DNA of 61,936 nt, filler included, from Vermamoeba vermiformis (GCA_045837725.1; 5 parts of 5 records of this genome joined end to end with filler, not necessarily neighbours in it); one strand, 5' to 3'; shown: positions 47,901 through 61,923, counted from the first letter of the whole stretch. The notes: generated from the letters alone by a model not told the origin. Made by a program: numbers and translations.

Positions 47901-50900
47901 TTGCAAACGGCAGTTAGAAATAAAAATTTGCCACGCTCTTTTAAAGCTTTTGCGATGGAGGAGGCACACAATATTGGTATCATAAGCATCGGAACAGGGC
48001 GCTGGAGGTGTGAAGTATGCAATGCAGAGTTCAATGACCGTTCCAAGAAAGCCCATCCGTTTACGACCAAATGCTTGCAAGTTACTGTGTCAAAATGTTA
48101 GTATGTGTAGTAAATATATGATTATTGATTAGTAAATTAGATCGAGAGAGATTGCTCAACACTGAGGAGCAATATGATGAAGATGAGTTTGAAACCGAAT
48201 TACTTAATTATGCCGATCTCCGTAAAATTAACCGAAAAGCCACAAAGGATGATGAATGGTATACTTTTACGTTGGACATCAACAACAACTCAAGAACATG
48301 GTCTTCAAAACTGTTTGACAAGCATAGCAAGACTTGGTAATTCAATTTCGTTAAAATATACAAATAAGGTAAATTTAAACTTGTACTATATTAGGCAATT
48401 TGAGGCAAATTTAAGCCGAAACAGAACGAACTTGCACTTAGTGTTGCTCCCGATAAGCAACGATCAGGAGCTCTCGTTGAAAACAAGGATCATCGTCAAC
48501 AACGGGTAAGTTGGAAAAATTTATGACACTTTTGACACAAGTTAAAAATAGACACGAAAAAATTGAATTCAAGAAGATGGATACCAGCAAAGAGCCTTGG
48601 TTAACGTACGAGCTTCCTTTGGAAGCAAAGTTCATAAAATTTTCTTTCGAGGTAATTTCAACGCACAACATCTTAAGACAAGAACCAGTCACGTAAGCAG
48701 TTTATATATATATACAATTGAATTGATAATTGATTTGTACGACAGCGAAAAGAAAGAATCAAAATACGACAAGATGTTTCGTGAAAAGTACAACAATCCC
48801 GCGACGCGATTGGTTCATGACTTTGTCAATCGATGGGAAGGCAACACTTTCACAAGTACGGCGAATCGAACAATTAACAACCTTATAAAATATATGTTTA
48901 GGAGATTGCACCGATGAATTTCTTCAGCTCATCCAAGTCAAAGTGGTTAAAGAAATGGAGGTCCCTGTGACGAGCCACCTCCTTCAAAAAACGTCTGATT
49001 TTTTCTATAACAAGTTACCTAAGGATGTGTTGAAAGTTGAGAGTGAAGGAAGAGTGTACGATCTGCGCTTCAACACGATCCAAGGCATCATCGATCACGT
49101 GATTAGCTCACCAATTTATACAAAAGGTAAAATATGTAATTGTTTGGCTTATGACTAATTACCTTATAAGATTGGGTACGCAAATCAGATATGAGCCAGG
49201 TTGACCATCCGTGCAGTCGCAAAGCGTGGACAAAATACGAGAAAGCACATGAAGATCGGCTTGCGAGCGGTCACGAACTGTTATTGCCTATAATTTGGAC
49301 AGATAAGTACAGTGCTCAACAATCAAGAAAGAAGAGTTTTTGCAGTGTATTACTCACGTTCGCCAACTTGTCGAAGGAAGTACGTGCCACATCTGCGTTC
49401 GTCCAATTTTTTTTACGTCTCCTGTATTTAGGTGTTAATGACTCAAAACTCCCGATTTCTAATCTGTACTATACCTCCACACCTCATGGACCAAAAGGAT
49501 TATATTCTGGACAAGATCGTTGTGGACTACATGTCCGAGCTCGAAGAGGGATCTCTTCCGAAAATGAAGTTTCACTTCCTCGATAAACCAGTGCCTGTCT
49601 GTGGTGGTCTCTACGCAATAAAGGGAGACCATATAGAGAAGACTCAGATGGCTGGTATAGTTGGACCAGGAGGAGACGTGCCTTCCTTTTACACAAGAAC
49701 GCCTAAGGAAAATATTAGCGACGTCGAACGGAAGAGAACCTTTCGAACCAAAAGTCATAGTAAGTTACAAACCTACTCTTTATATACTTACACCTTCTAA
49801 GCTATGGCTGTGTTCGAGACTTTTGAAATGCAAGACACTGCCAAGGAGATCAAGACAACGACGCAAGTCACTGGAGTCAAGAAAACTATCGTAAAGTCAT
49901 ATTGCCTGTATTATAAGTTATTAATATTTGTATTTATAGTCTCCGTTCTGGAGACTGAAAATTTTCTCGGAAGATTTCTACATGCGGTTTGCAATTTGTC
50001 CGCTTCACTTACTTCACCTCGGGTTGATCAAGCGCTATGTCGACCAGATCGGAATTGCCATGGGAAAGCCCTATCGGGACAGTACGTTCAAATTTTTGAT
50101 TGTAATGGCTATCCTGATTGATTGTAACAGCGATCAACGAACGAGCATCGGAACTCCCTCCGTCAAAAGAAATGACACGTATTACAATGCCTGTGTTCAA
50201 GAAGAAGAGTTAAGCACGTCTTTGATTCATATATTATACTTACGAATCGTTTGTAGAGGATACTACGAACCCACTGACGGGTAGAATGTGGTCTACATTC
50301 ACTAAAGTGTCCACCTCCGTGAACGCTGATCTTCTCGACGAAGATTTGCTTCAGCGATGGTCGTTCATCATGGAAGGAATGCAAGCTATTGATGAGACAA
50401 AGTGGCGACTCGATCAACTAAGTCAAGGTGGTGAGCTTGATACACTATGCAAAGATATCCTTACCAATATACTGGTACGTACGAAAACAATCATCGAATG
50501 GTACGTACTTAACAGGTAACAGCGGTCATTTGATGGCTTTGAAGAACAGCCTGACTGGAACATTCCAAACTTCGAGACCATGTACGCTCTGGCCAAGTCT
50601 GTCAAATTTCTTGGTCCTTTGTGGTTCCAATCAACCGATCTTGAGGAAGGAACGAACAAATTTTATCGTAGCTGCATCCGCGTGTCGAACCAGATCAATG
50701 CCCACAACCACATGCTGAAGATGGTATCGATTCATTTCTATAGATCAATATTAACGTTAGTTACTGTAGGTTGATCGTAAAAGGTCACTAGAGATGGTTA
50801 AATTTGACTCGAAGGAAGATCAAGAAAAGTACGATCAAATTAAACATCGTGATATCCATATAAAGGCAGAGAGGTAATTTTAATAATAAATATATATTCT

Positions 50901-53349
50901 TTAACGTACCCATTTTACAAGGGTGGACCTTGATGGTCCTCTACCTGAAGATCAACCAGTCACGGATCAGATGGCGACGATTATTGACAAAGACTTGAAG
51001 AAGTTGAACACACTGGCCAAATCGTACGAGCTGTCATCTCACGATTCGTTGAACTTCAAATGTACGTAGCATTGGTGATAGTACAAGTGCCTAAAATGAA
51101 AACATTTAGCGATCTACCTCGGAGGACAAAAGTTCCGCGTAACGGACGAACCAGCGATTCTTTACAAGGTAAATTAAGGTCACAATAATTCGTATATTAA
51201 CATGGTTATAGAATAATAATGAGGATTGTTATGGTATACTCACCCAAGTCAACGAGATCGAGGTGTCAATCGCCACACAAACATTAGCGGGAACGTCAAA
51301 AGAATCGAGATTGGTCAAGCTCCTCGTCATTACACCACTAAGAGAAGTGAACACCATTCCAAATTTGAAAAAAAGAACCTTTCAGGAGTTGAAACAATCC
51401 ACGCGGATCTACGCATTCGATGAACAACCTATTCAACAAGTATTAACCAAGTTAAAGGATTACAAAAATAAGGAATACGTATATATAGTATAATTAGAAG
51501 GAAAGAATCCGAAACATCGTTTGTTGATCGGATTTAGTTGATTTAAAAAATAAATTTAATTAGAAACAATTATTTACAACGAAATATACAACAAAAGTGG
51601 TAATATATGCGTAGATATGTTATATTTACCATTTAATTAATTGTTGATATCATCAGTTGTTTGCACGCGAAAACGAATAACTTGAATCTGCTCTAACAGT
51701 CGAAATAAATACAGAGCCACGTTTAAGTGCATTAAAATCAACAAAAATATATATTATGTGCTATTGCGTGGTTGTTTGTGTTCGTTGGTATTGAAAAATA
51801 GGTCGGTGGGCAAAAAACACTTCGCAAACTCAAACTACACAACACTACAACAAGTCAATAGTCCGTAGTGTTTGTTTTTATGTCATTATATGTTGTATCT
51901 CATCCGATTTTATTCTTAATTCAATGATCGAAGGGAGGATGTGCGATCGCCAAACACGATCTCTTACCAGTATTTCTCGAATTTCGAAAAAACAGCATGA
52001 TCACGTAAGAATGACTATATTTAATACACTTACATACCATCAAATTCATTAACCGCGACCTTGATCGAGATTGGGCCACGAAACAAAATTTCATCAGCAA
52101 TAATTTATTTTATTAATATAACATTGTCGTCATCATTTATATAATGCAAATAGAATATATTTATAAAAATATTTATTTTTAAAATCGTTCGACGGGAGAT
52201 CGCGCGATGAGCCGCATGTGACATCCTCTTCTCGAAATCAATCGAATCTAAACCATACCCATTCGCTTCTTGAATACATAAATATACTTTTCCCTCAATA
52301 CGACCCCTATAATCCCCCACGTCTCCGATCTGAAATCCGGTGTTTTCGTGCCCCAACGCCGTTTTTTCCTTTTTTTGCGTTACAATAATCAAAACAACGC
52401 CAAAAATCGACCTACAACGCCGGTTTATTGGTCAAAACGCCCTTTTTTTTTCCTGTAGTGATGTGCTTCACTTACGAGATCGATTCTAATGTTTTTGATA
52501 TTATAGTTCGAGTTGTTTATTTTGCTGTGGATCCCGGTTCTTGTTTTGGCAATTTTGGCATCGTTCATAGCTTTTTCACCACGCTTAGTTTTCCTTTCGA
52601 AGTTGGTACCTTCATGTTGATTACATTTTATTGGTAAGTTAGTAGTAATTAGTTTACGATTTTGCAATTATAATACCTCAGCGCATTTCGGATGAAATTT
52701 GCAAACGATGAAAATTCTACCCGAATACAGCTGAATGTTCGTTTACAGGTATGAAGTTACAACAAGCGCCAACATCAAAGTTTACACGTTTCTGAACAAA
52801 TCTCAGCCGTACTTTTTCGGCTTCACGCTCGTTATCATTGTCGGTGTTCTTTTAATCACCGTTCTGGGCTTCCTGCTGGCTTTCGAAATAACGACGCCGA
52901 TAATTATCATGTACGTGGCGCTGTCAATTGGGTTCCTAATATTTTACGTGATCACGTTGGTAAAAATTATCAAGCAAATCAAAACGTCCAGCAACCTGCG
53001 AGTAAGCAAGACAACTACCGTACAACAGGTAGGATCATAGCATTTTTTAAGCATCTGGTGTGCGGTCACTAACCTTAACAAGGTGAACAAGAAGATAATT
53101 CTCAACGGAGCTACACGAGTGTTGTCGTTAGTGCCGGTTATTGTCTTTGCATCACCTGCCGTAGCGACAGTACCAGTGCCGAACTACATTGGCTCAGTAT
53201 TCATTTATGCCATGCTGATGGTTGACTCATGGGCACGCATTTATCTGTTTAAAGAGCCATCCAGGAAGAAGAAAATTGAAGAAGGAATTACTTTACCTTC
53301 ACCGAAGAACAGAAAAACTGCTGATGAAACTACTAACGTGCACGAGTAA
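44984..53349 (+). CDS. Signal peptide, PA-like domain and multi-TM (GPCR-like) host protein; one intron contains a 6.4-kb transposon
   Basis: NVSGKIVF...QVKYLQEQGAAAILY...TIPIAEV (PA-like). TM helices run up to LEIIANL (~45912) and resume at VRVVYFAVDP (~52507), continuing to the stop at 53349. Confidence 0.75.
46241..47528 (-). CDS. Transposon accessory protein (TnpA-like role inferred), multi-exon
   Basis: Lies within the TIRs, divergent from the transposase; basic tail with AT-hook-like KRGRP. Confidence 0.6.
47955..51493 (+). CDS. CACTA/Plavaka-type transposase with many introns
   Basis: N-terminal CEVC..H..C, IWTDKY...SVLLTFANLSKE, KGDHIEKTQMAG, PLHLLHLGLIK and FLGPLWFQSTDLEEGTNKFYR....SN. 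Confidence 0.78.
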
Positions 53350-53469
53350 CAAATACCAACGCTACCGGTACGGATCTGGTTTGTAATTGAAACACTTGTA
53401 AAATACTAAGAATATAATGTGACAAATCCTCACTTGTCGCTTTATTCAAGTTGAATTCAATTTCACAAA

Positions 53470-53763
53470 AGTTCGGTTCCGAATCCTGCAAAACCAGCGA
53501 CGAACATTGGAACAGTCCGATGGATGGACGATCTGAAGCGCTCGGCAAACAGTTGTACAGCACCAAGTCAGACGTGTGGGCATTTGGTATCTTGTTGTAT
53601 GAAGATTCAGCGACATTGGATCGTCGCAGTTGTTCGAGATTGTTGCGCGACAAGAACCTCACGCAAACGACGATCTTCTGACGGTTGGAGTGAAAATGCG
53701 AGACGAAGGGTACACTCCAGCTATTCCTGAGAACTGTCTTGCAGTGCTTCGTGAGATCATGCT
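53470..53763 (+). pseudogene. Degenerate tyrosine-kinase-like domain fragment
   Basis: IGTVRWM, EALGKQLYSTKSDVWAFGILLYE and EIVARQEP lie in shifting frames. Confidence 0.7.
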
Positions 53764-53863
53764 NNNNNNNNNNNNNNNNNNNNNNNNNNNNNNNNNNNNN
53801 NNNNNNNTTAATTAATTAANNNNNNNNNNNNNNNNNNNNNNNNNNNNNNNNNNNNNNNNNNNN
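53764..53863. other. Artificial contig linker
   Basis: N run with TTAATTAATTAA. Confidence 0.98.
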
Positions 53864-54005
53864 CTGATATCTGGACGAAGTTACATAATATAGAATATGA
53901 CACGTGTCATTCAATATTTTTCACGTGTCAAAAAGTTAATTATGTTTTTTCAACAAGGCTGATATATTTATGTATTTTATAATATTAATATTGATATTTT
54001 TGTAG

Positions 54006-57000
54006 CGATCTCCTGCCGAAGAAGCCGCAGAAAAAGAAAAAGCTGCAAATATTAACACCAATGACGCAACAGATCTGCCAAGTACTCCGCCATTAAATAC
54101 GGACGAAAACAACGAAGACAATGATGACGAAGATCTCAGCAAAAATGAAGCTAAAAATAGCGCCAAAAATGACGAAGAAAGCAACCAAGACGAAGAAAAA
54201 GAACCCGTCAGAAAATCATCGCGTGCCAAAAGAGGCGCAAAGGCTCAAAAAGAAGCCCCGCCACCCAAGAAAAAAGCTGCACCCGCTGCTGGTGCTAAAA
54301 AAGGACGCGGAAAAAAGAAAGCGGAACAATCGAGTGATGATGCGACAGCGGAACAAACTGATCCGAACAAAGTCAAACTTTATAAGAGCAAATTGGTACG
54401 TATTAAGCATTGCAACAATTTTCCGCTCCCACAGAACCCTGGCCGAAATTACCAAATTAGGAAAATCAACTTTTGCATTCAAAAAACGGCAAAATTTCAC
54501 TCAAGTTCAATCTTTGCGAAAAATTTTTGTTTTATGGCAAGGAGAAAAAACTAACCACATGACTTTTACCAAATATAGACCGCAGAAGAAGAATTACCGT
54601 TGATCATCGAACGACGCGGCACTAAACTCGGCAACTTGGTGATTTATTTGCGCAAACTGTTCACCTTCCAAAAGAAGTCACGTGTCATCATCTTCTCGCA
54701 GGTATGACGCTCGAATAATAATATTATAATATATTGGATAAAATTTGACTACGGTGACTAAATTGTAAATAATTTTGGGATAACCTTGTAATGGGGACTA
54801 AAACCCCGTTACAGGTACCCATAACCCCGTTTTAGGGGGTCTAATTGCTTCAAGGGACGTTAAAGATACGTAGGGGGTAAAAAATTTGGCCGTCATTTTT
54901 GTCGATTTTTGGTCGTCAAATTTCATTTTTTTGCAACCTCCAAAAAGACAACCACAAATTCGGCCTCGTTCTACATTAGAACACATGCAAAAAGATATTG
55001 ACTGTTATTTTTGTAATATTGAATAGCATGTTCAAATAATTGAGGCATTGTGCAGATTACAAAATCAAGCCAAGGTGAATTTTACGTGGATTCATTTGAT
55101 CTATTTTTAATCGAATACTGCCCGGAACTAGGTTTCTTACCCTTTCTTACCAAAAAATTTAATATGTATAGACTCACTGTCTTAATTTTAATATATACCC
55201 GTGCTAACTCGGTGTACTTTCGCCGCCAAAGCAAGATATTAATTTTTTTAATTTTTTTCAAATCTGATCAAAATTATTCAGTAACAACTATTAATTATTG
55301 GCACCCGTCCACAATCGTTAGAAGTATTATATATTGAGATTATAATTATAGATTCAATTTTTAATTAAATCAACATAGTCAATGCTACGACCGCTAAACA
55401 GTGAGTGCTAGATCGCGCACTAAATTGCACGAAATTTCCTATCGCTGAACACTGAGGCTTCCCGCTTCACTGTAGATGAACAATATATTATGTATTCAAA
55501 TATATATAGTTGATAAGTATAGTAAATTGCATCACTGTCCATAGAACTTTATAAAACTCTACTGCGTAGTACTGAGATCGGAGATCTTTACGTTTAAATC
55601 TTACTTGTTATCGAGATAGCAATAAGACATACTTATTCTGAGTTCTATTCTAAGGATATGAACCCTAGAACTCTCTGCGGCAAAATTTTTAAAATTTTTG
55701 ATAGTACAAAAGTGCAGATCTGGGCACAAAATTCTGTCTTGTATGACCTTGGATGAAAAAACAATGAAGGAGTAATTTAATGGATATTATCCAAATATTA
55801 TGCTGGTATCAATTTTTTTTGTATAAAATGACACCGAATTGTAATTTGAAACAATAAGGAGTTAGTGGTGGGTCTTCACCGTAATTGTCGCCATTAACTT
55901 GATTACGGCAACAATTTCAGCGATAACTCGCCATTATATTCAATTTAGTCACCGTAGTGAAATTTTATCCATTATATAATGCTTAATATCAATAATCAAC
56001 TATTTCTACTGCAATTCAAATTTAACAACTTTCACTACCAGATCCGGATCTGCACTTATATTTTAATCCAAATCGCTATGATATAATTTTATTTATGCGA
56101 TTGTTACAGTTTTTTATTTTACAGATTTAATTTTGCAAACATTATTTTAAGCCAATCGATGACACGTGTCAAAAAGTAATTAATTGTCCTTTAGTTCTCG
56201 GAACTGCTGTCCACGATCGAAGAACTGCTCGGCAAGTGCAACATTGAGTGCGCCTTTGTGGAGGGCAGTGTGTTCAAAAAGAACAAAGCACTCGGCAGCT
56301 TCAAAGCGGGCAACACCAAGACCAAAGTCATCTTGTTGAGCTTGGAGAAGGCTGCCTCGGGCACCAACTTGGTCGAGGCCAGTCACGTGATCTTCATGGG
56401 TACGTACAAAAGCAATTACCAAATTAGGAAAACATTTTTTAAATCAATTGATTCCAAATCGAGTACATGTACGGGCCACTTCCGAAAAAGGAAAATTGGT
56501 CTCCTTGAACGTGAAAAAACTCATCCTTTCCTAATTTGGAAAGTTAAAAAATCAAGCAAACTAATGGCATTGTGATTCACAGAACCAATGCACGGCACGA
56601 AGCAAGAGATCGATGCGTACGAAGCGCAAGCCATTGGTCGTGCACATCGCCAGGGCCAGAAGAACAAAGTGACCATTGTACGATTTTACGTGGAGAGTAC
56701 GATTGAAGAGGACATGCACAACGAACGCAAGGGCATTAGAAAAGGTAACTAGAATAATCTTTACTAAATTTTCATTATTATATTAGTAAATTAATTTGCT
56801 TGCTGGATCTGGATCTCGATCTAATTTTTTTTTTTTTTCGTAGCGCCCCAAGTTCGCACGAAGAGTGGCCTGTTAGTGCGCACGAACAGCTTGTCAACGA
56901 TGCTCGCGAATCAGAATACCAACACTAACACCAACACTACGAGCACTAATAATACGAACAACACTAATACTGAGGCCGCGACGACTGCTCAAGCTGCGCT

Positions 57001-57058
57001 GTTGAAGAGATCTGGCAGCATTGCTGATTTACTCGCTGAAGGCAGTGCTGTCGTGTAA
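54006..57058 (+). CDS. 3' part of a SNF2-family (Rad5/16-like) helicase gene
   Basis: GTKL...RVIIFSQ/F, VILLSLEKAASGTNLVEASHVIFM/EP and EAQAIGRAHRQGQKNKVTIVRF...TIEE. Confidence 0.85.
54735..55971. mobile_element. Non-autonomous TIR element in the helicase intron
   Basis: 31-bp IR TGGATAAAATTT(G/C)ACTACGGTGACTAAATTG at 54735-54765 and 55941-55971, one mismatch. Confidence 0.7.
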
Positions 57059-57199
57059 TATTGATAATTCATTGATCATTTAAGCAATAGGTAATAATAA
57101 TTGTTTCCTAGTAAACAACGTTTGCAGGTAAAATAAAAACAGCTGAAAATTATCCGCGAGCTTATTGCTGACCATCAACTTTGCTCATAATGACTTCGC

Positions 57200-58357
57200 G
57201 CTATTGACTAGTAATGTCCATATGCCCATCAAACACTTCTAACATGTCTCTGAAAACTAGATCCGACGGCACATTTTTCACCCATGCTCCTCTACATCCG
57301 GATAGGTTGAAGCGTGCACAATGATAAAGCGAAGAACGTCTATATCTCTTCTGGCCCTGATGTTGTTTATAAACACGTAGCCAGTTTTCTCTAGCACATG
57401 AAGGTATTGACATCAAACCAAATATGCATAATGACAAGTATACCAAGGTCTATACATTCATATAGTCATTGGTCCAATATCTTTGCAGGTGATGGTCTGC
57501 AAGTCAGAAATACGACAAAAACTTGTCAAAAAATCCATCAAAAATTGATAAAAGGATCGTTCTGGAGGATAGTAAATCAAGCAATAGGCTCATACTGTAG
57601 CCTCAATATCTTTGGTTATTAGTGCTACTTCTACTCTGATATTATCGAAATATGAGATACAGCAAGGCAGGGCTTGTGCCCTAAAGCATGCCATGTACCA
57701 AGGACATGAAGCATGCCAATCTTAATTAGGTCAATAGGAAAATTGGTTAACTCTTCCAATAATGATTTTACTCAACCTTATCTATATATATATAGTAAAT
57801 TCCTAACTATATATCAAGTTGGACCGATATTCTCAATGCTGGGCAGTGTCAACCAACTGTAGCCAATTTTTGTACCTGAGTTTAACCTTATCCAAAGGGA
57901 CTGTAATATTGAGGGCTCTCATCAAACAACTATCTAATGCTAAAACAACTAAAATTCTTATGAAAGACTTGCTCAAGGCAACAGACCTCCTTTGGGAGGG
58001 AGTGGATCACAGATCCAGCAACTGCTTGAAGTCTCCAAATCAATTTTGATACCAAGTGTCTACCTCTTATGATAGTATATATATCTATAAAAAGTTTTGG
58101 TTTTACTGATTTACTACAGTCCAGAACGACAAAAACATAATTATTAAAAATGCAGATCAATTTAAATTTTGGCGGGAAATGAAATTTCTGGGCAATTTTC
58201 CATTTTCTAACACCCCTATAATACATCAAATTTGTTGTTATAGAGGTACCTGCATACTTGATGATCATCAAGAGGTAGAGGGGCTTTAACAAAAACTACC
58301 TCAGGGCCAGAAAAGATATATTGATCTAACTGCGCCCTCATTCCTGTAGCCTCGTGT
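57200..58357 (-). pseudogene. Heavily decayed transposase-like relic, possibly KDZ family
   Basis: LHVLGTWHALGHKPC...VEVALITKDIEATV* loosely resembles the KDZ motif FHA.GH..C...G.GL..GE..E..W. Many stops; CpG-poor. Confidence 0.3.
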
Positions 58358-58457
58358 NNNNNNNNNNNNNNNNNNNNNNNNNNNNNNNNNNNNNNNNNNN
58401 NTTAATTAATTAANNNNNNNNNNNNNNNNNNNNNNNNNNNNNNNNNNNNNNNNNNNN
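58358..58457. other. Artificial contig linker
   Basis: N run with TTAATTAATTAA. Confidence 0.98.
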
Positions 58458-58503
58458 TGCATTCTACGATATTTCTGACATCTATATCTATATTTTAAAA
58501 TAA

Positions 58504-59410
58504 TTAGACCAAAAATATCCAAAACCAGAAATATCTTCGGAACCATCTACAAAAAAACGGATTTGTTCCGAAAATAATTATCTTACATGGTCGCTTATCC
58601 TTATTATAGCACGCGAATGTAATGCCTAGTTGATAATATACATCTCCTGGTTCTTTTATGATCGTTGTGATGCGAACTATTCGTGCTTCAAAATGTTCGA
58701 TTGTTGGTTGAACTTCGACGCGATAATTTCGAAATCTTTCCTTAAAGAATTGTTTGTATTGGTTAAATGATGGCTCCCATGTAATTCCTTGGCTTTGCCA
58801 TTGCCTACAAATCAAAATATAGAATTTAAATAATTCCGTTCGGATCAATCTAATTTGATTAGACCTCAGAAGTTAGTACTTACTCTGGAAGGCAGCTAAA
58901 AAGTGCGTGGTAGAGCATCGATACAAATATACGCTCGTTTTGGTCGCAAGAGAAGATCTCTTTGTTGATCGTAACTGCCACGCTGTCAGATCTGTTCTCT
59001 ACAAGCGCGCCAGGTACTGCTTCGAGATCACTTAAGCTAGTCTTTCCAATGGTAAACCCCATATAAGGAAATAGTCTAAAGCGACCTGGGGAAAGGTAAT
59101 TAGTGCTGATTCCACTTTAATTGTTTGGATCTCCACGTAAATATATAACAGATCTATAATTGTAACCTAGATTATACGTACTATCGTAATATAGTCGTTT
59201 CCAAGCGGTAGATATTTTGTAGGTCAGATGCGGATATTTTAAATTAAATTTTGCTCTCCACGCAGTGCTATTTTCACCGCTAATACTATAAAATTTCTTC
59301 GATACTCTAGGGATATAAGTGGCTAGAGTTTTAGTGCTGCATTTGGATAAGACGAGCTCCCAGATTTCTCGCGGTAACGAGGGCAGTCCTTCGAGCTCCA
59401 TCTCCTCCAC
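58504..59410 (-). CDS. F-box protein; exon structure and integrity uncertain
   Basis: LPSLPREIWELVLSKCSTKTLATYIPRVSKKF...W. Confidence 0.6.
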
Positions 59411-60047
59411 AGTTGTAAACGTAATAAATAGAATACACTGCTCTCCTGAGGGGCGATGTAATCTTGGTAATTCAACACCAAATATCTAGTTTGGTAGTTT
59501 TTGAAGCAACAAAAAGTACCTACAATTTTGAAAATTCGTTGGCAAAATATGTAGTCCCCCGATTTTATTTTAACTGAGATCAATTAGCATAGACAGCGGA
59601 AGAGATACCTTGTTGTTGAAAGGCTGCTTGGTGGCCGTCGAAAAGACTTTGTGTTACGTTCAAACTGCTGTTCGTTCCAGGTTGTTGGCATTGCTCTCTT
59701 TTGTAAATTGGCTTGTTTCTCATACGATACAAATGATAAATTGAATAAGGCAAGTCCGTTGGAATTCTATGTGGCCAAGAATTTGATTATTCGACCATTT
59801 TTCTGTGCGAAAGCACAAACACGTAAATCCCAACTGATACGCACTTAGTCGAGTCACATATTACAATTTTATTAGTCCGATCACAATAGGTACGTTAATA
59901 TTTTGACAGAGCACATTTAATTTAATCAGGCTGTTCACAAGATCTAAATTAACGTCAATAATGCAAAAATATTACTTAACGGTCAATTATTATATTCTCT
60001 ACGTATTTATTTCATGGCTGGCTAATTATTTAATTTAAAGAAGGAAC

Positions 60048-61923
60048 ATGGAAGATTCTCTTGATCTGCCCTTTGATATTATAGCAATAATATTGGCGTT
60101 TATCCCCGAACATAGACGATATTTTTGCCGAGTAGTGAATAGAGCATGGCTTGCTTGGGTCGATAGTTCAATGACCCAACTAGATCTGTCAACGCGGAAT
60201 GTTCTAGAAATATTTACGTATTATATGGATAATCCGATTATACGCGCCAATGCCGAAAAAATCAGTAGAGCAGAACGAATTTTAATGACTGCAGCACACA
60301 GATTCACAAATTTGAAGAAGATCAAACTTGGAGCTGAACCAAAATCAGTTCGTGAGACATACATAGGATATCCTTCTGTATTAGGAGTCGAGCAAAATCA
60401 CGATTATGGCGTTGATCATCCTTTGTACACTTCGTTCGCTAAAAAACGTGCGTTGGATGACTTTGCACCAGTTCTACAAGACGTCAGTGAGGCTATAAAT
60501 AGACACAAAGCATATATAGACACTCTACTATGGTCCAGCTTCAGCTTGAAGCGAGTGCGAGATGATATAGATCCTATGGTTATTGTCCACTTAGTCAAAA
60601 ACTGTCCGGTACGCACGCATTTGTTCTGCCAAAATTTTGCTAATCAGACATTAGAAACTCACAGAATTGCAATTATACGGCATTGCGCGAGTCACTGACG
60701 ATATTTTAGCGGTAAGCAATGACAACTGTCTTCAAATTTAAAAATCCTTTTTTCGTGCGCTGGACCGGATCTCAGCATATCCATTGCCCTGTCTTAGTGC
60801 CATACCGATACATTCGGCTAATGGATATAATGGCACTGGCATTCCCGCGGGAATGACCACTTCTCCTTTTATGGAGGATCCATGTGACTATAATGCGAAG
60901 TAGCAATGGTCGAGATTCATACCTCCGGAAAAGAAAAGGATCAAATTAATTGTACGCGAGAGCTAACGTTGTCCTATTAATACTGTAGGCTATTGTAGAC
61001 TTACGACCGAACATCAAGCAACTTAATCTTATCAACACTTCTGTCTCAATTTTGGGCCTAGAGTACGCACTCAACAGATTGCCTAATTTGGAAAGTCTGT
61101 CAATTGGCAGAACGATATCTTCGGGCTACTTGTTGTGCTCACCGCACAAAAATTTTCCTTCCAATGCAATGCTGAAGCTCAAAGACCTTGAAGTTTGGAA
61201 GAAATTGCGAAAATTCAGAGTTTCGTACTTAAATATACAAGATATGACTCCGTTGTTTTCTGCGTGCACAAATTTGGTGAAATTTCATGACGTAGGCGTC
61301 AACGCAACACTTTTGCCGTACAAAATGTCGTTCTCGAATCTCACGAGCTTAGACATCGAAGTGTCTCATTTTGACGTCGAAACGTTTATCAGAAAACACC
61401 CTCAGTTGGAGCACGTGTACCTCCGAGGTATAGTTTCCTTTTTTGGTAACTTTTCGTTTCTAACTACTACCCGACAGGCAATGTCGAAGACGGGCACCTT
61501 AATGCCATTACAAATACTGTGGTCAAATTGACAAAGCTCCGAATCAGCGTGTATTACGATGCTGAAATTTCCAACGAGGCACTTCATGCAGTACTACTGA
61601 AACACGCAAAAACTTTGAAAAGTCTAGAGCTCTGCGGCATCCGAACGATAGACCCCAGTGCCCTAGATGTCAAGCTGCCATCGCTGAAAACTTTAGTTGT
61701 CAAACAGTGTAGCAAGATAAGCGGCTCAGACGTCGCAAAGTTCGTCCCTCGCATTGTTGGTGATATCGCGTACACGGATTGCATAACGGATCTACTAGCG
61801 ATGGATGTATCTAAGTTAGATAATGGAGTTAATACGTATCAGAAGTTCCATTATTACGACGAGAAGAATGGATTTGACTTGCGTACTGAAATCGGATCAC
61901 CATTCGATCCGGCTGACTGGTAA
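60048..61923 (+). CDS. F-box/LRR protein, multi-exon
   Basis: DLPFDIIAIILAFIP...RVVNRAW; LRRs LPNLESLSI, CTNLVKF and LKSLEL. Confidence 0.78.

Larger units (their letters stand above)
46030..52460 (+). mobile_element. CACTA/EnSpm-superfamily (Plavaka-like) DNA transposon, full length
   Basis: Left end CACCAGAGGAAAAAAATCAGGGCGTTTTG matches the reverse complement of the right end, CACTACAGGAAAAAAAAAGGGCGTTTTG. Subterminal ACAACGCC repeats, flanks TTG/ATG and an internal transposase. Confidence 0.85.

Noticed and set aside
53899-56180. Recurrent TGACACGTGTCA palindrome in helicase introns
   Set aside because: There are few copies and CACGTG is common across the window; no function can be supported.
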